A stretch of 28,309 bases of DNA. Origin: Zygnema circumcarinatum SAG 698-1b. Lineage: Eukaryota > Plantae > Zygnematophyceae. Position 1 is the first letter of the stretch. Every line of letters starts with the position of its first letter. Below are positions 26,027 to 28,309 of this stretch, piece by piece. The notes beneath the pieces were generated by a model. It made no database searches and was not told where the DNA came from. It saw only the letters and a program-made list of their open reading frames with translations. A program made the position numbers and the translations under genes. Where the stretch lies: assembly GCA_037447605.1 (NCBI GenBank), contig CM074818.1, forward strand, positions 2,465,883 through 2,494,191. Direction: 5' to 3'.

Positions 26027-27118
26027 AGGCACGAGACACGAGGCACCAGAGCGGTACAAAGAACGAGGCGAGCAGCGAGAACGACGCGGCACGAGGAGCG
26101 ACGAGGAACAAGCGGACAGCGAGGAGCGACGAGCACGACGGCGACGAGGACGGGCGAGCACGAGGAGCGAGACGAGGGAGCGGCGAGTCGGTCAGGGGAC
26201 AGAGGGGGCTCCGAGGTGGCACCGAGGAGCGATCGGAGGTGAGGAGAGCAAGCGGGCACGAGGAGCAAGCGAGGACACGAGCGAGCGACGGGCACGAGGC
26301 AAGGGCAGCGGCAGCGGGAACAAGGCACAAGGCGAGGCACGGAGGCGGACACGAGGCGCGGCCGCGAGGACACAAGGCGAGCACGAGGCAGAGCAGCAAG
26401 CACAGAGGCGAGGAAGCGAGGGGCGGGGCAGCGAGCGAGCACGAGCGGGCGGGCACAAGGCACAAACGAGCGGGGCACAGAGCACGAGGGCGGCGGGGGC
26501 ACGGAATCGCGCGGGGGCACGAGCGGGCACGAGGTGACGAAGTGGAGGCGAGGCACGAGGCAGTTGGCAGGGCAGTAGGCGTGCAAGGCAACCCGGCAGG
26601 CGAGGCACTAGGCACGACTCGAGGCACGAGGCGAGGCACGAGGCACGAGGCACGCACAAGCACGAGGCGAGGCACGAGGCACGAGGCACGAGGCGAGGCA
26701 CGAGGCACGAGGCGAGGCACGAGGCACGAGGCGAGGCACGGAGCTTCAAGGGCGCGGAGGCGAGCACGAGAGCAGTGCGAGCACGAGGCGGCGAGGGCAC
26801 GAGCACGAGCGAGCACAAGCCGAGGCACGAGGAAGCGAGCGAGGGCACGGCAAGGGCACAAGGCGTACAACAAGGCGAGGCACAAGGCGAGCACAAGCAT
26901 GGCTCGAGGACTGCGAGGCGCAAGGCGAGGGCGCGAGGCAGGAGCGAGGCAGCAACACGAGGGCGAGGCGAGTGCGAGCACGAGGAGCGGCCGCGAGGCA
27001 CGACGAGGCACGAGGCACGGCGAGGCACGAGGCACGAGGCGAGGCACGAGGCACGAGGCGAGGCACGAGGCACGAGGCGAGGCACGAGGCACTAGGCGAG
27101 GCACGAGGCACGAGGCGA

Positions 27119-27237
27119 GGGTTTTTAGGGTTTTTAGGGTTTTTGGGGTTTTTAGGGTTTTTAGGGTTTTTTAGGGTTTTTAGGGATTTTAGGGTTTTTA
27201 GGGTTTTTAGGGTTTTTAGGGTTTTTAGGTTTTTAGG
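27119..27237 (+). repeat. Telomere-type repeat (TTTTTAGGG)n, 11 units (8 perfect) followed by two TTTTTAGG
   Basis: Read directly. The G-rich strand runs 5'->3' towards the window end, as expected at a right chromosome end. Confidence 0.8.
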
Positions 27238-28309
27238 TTTTTAATTTTTGATTTTTAGTATCAATTTTTAATTTTTGAGTTTTAATATTTAATTTTTAAT
27301 TTTTAAGTTTTTAATTTTAGGTTTTAAATTTTAATTTTTAATTTTTAATTTTTTAAATAGATTTTTAATTTTTAATTTTTAATTTTTCAGCATTTTAATT
27401 TTTAATTTTTAATTTTAATTTTTAATTTTTAAATTTTTTGTAATTTTTAATTTTTAATTTTTAATTTTTAAATTTTAATACTTAATTTTAATTTTTAGAT
27501 TTTTAATTTTTTAATTTTTAATTTTTAAATTTTTAATTTTTAATTTTTAAATTTTTAATTTTTAATTTTTAATTTTAATTTTTAATTTTTAATTTTTAAT
27601 TTTTAATTTTTAATTTTTAATTTTAATTTTTAATTTTTAATTTTAATTTTTAATTTTTAATTTTAATTTTTAATTTTTTAATTTTTAATTTTTAATTTTT
27701 AATTTTTAATTTTTAATTTTTAATTTTTAATTTTTAATTTTTAATTTTTAATTTTTAATTTTTAATTTTTAATTTTTAATTTTTAATTTTTAATTTTTAA
27801 TTTTTAATTTTTAAATTTTACAGGTTTTAATTTTTAATTTTTAATTTTTAATTTTTAAATTTTTAAATTTTAATTTTTAAATTTTAATTTTTAATTTTTA
27901 ATTTTTAATTTTTAATTTTTAATTTTTAATTTTTAATTTTTAATTTTTAAATTTTAATTTTTAATTTTTAATTTATTTAATTTTTAATTTTTAAATTTTT
28001 AATTTTTAATTTTTAATTTTTAATTTTTAATTTTTAATTTTTAATTTTTAGATTTTTAATTTTCAATTTTTAATTTTTAATTTTTAATTTTTTAATTTTT
28101 AATTTTAGCTCTTTAATTTTTAATTTTTAATTTTTAATTTTTAATTTTAATTTTTGATACAGCTGTAAATTATTTTCAAATTTTCTAATTTTTGATTTTT
28201 AATTTTTAATTTTTAAGATTTTAAGTTTTTGATTTTTAATTTTTAAATTTTAGATTTTTAATTTTTAAATTTTTAATTTTTAATTTTTAATTTTTAAATT
28301 TTTACAGTT
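27238..28309 (+). repeat. (TTTTTAA)n AT-only heptamer tract to the window end
   Basis: Read directly. Scattered TTTTTAG/TTTTTAAG variants occur; the tract may be real satellite or miscalled telomere. Confidence 0.9.

Larger units (their letters stand above)
25587..27120 (+). repeat. Subtelomeric heptamer satellite: (CATGAGC)n grading into (GGCACGA)n, with a degenerate central part
   Basis: CATGAGC units at 25587-25660. GAGGCAC/GAGGC units at 25660-25897 and 26027-27120, most regular at both ends. Confidence 0.9.

Noticed and set aside
25223-27244. Many long overlapping ORFs (up to 408 aa) on both strands
   Set aside because: They arise from T-poor satellite DNA that lacks stop codons; the translations are low complexity with no domain.

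Overview
Intron-rich eukaryotic DNA, most likely from a streptophyte green alga (inferred from close protein similarity to land-plant orthologues; species not identifiable). The window appears to be the last ~28 kb of a chromosome arm. Six spliced genes can be reconstructed by hand: the 5' part of a VTT/TMEM41 (SNARE-associated Golgi protein) gene (-), a mitochondrial AGT2-type aminotransferase (+), an OEX1-like organellar 5'-3' exonuclease (+), plastid ribosomal protein L1 (-), an uncharacterised type II membrane sulfotransferase-fold protein (+) and OLA1/YchF (+). After OLA1 comes a layered subtelomere: degenerate telomere-like repeats, a foldback hairpin, a palindromic array that also occurs inverted upstream of OLA1, 51-bp repeats, a purine tract and a GCACGAG satellite. 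It ends in 9-mer TTTTTAGGG repeats that grade into (TTTTTAA)n. The most notable observations are: a 129-bp TG...CA element with terminal inverted repeats and a 5-bp target-site duplication that carries a tRNA-derived Pol III cassette; inverted arrays of a 32-bp palindrome bracketing OLA1; about 9% GC-AG introns; and G-rich rather than pyrimidine-rich 3' splice regions. All exon coordinates were derived by eye and need transcript confirmation.
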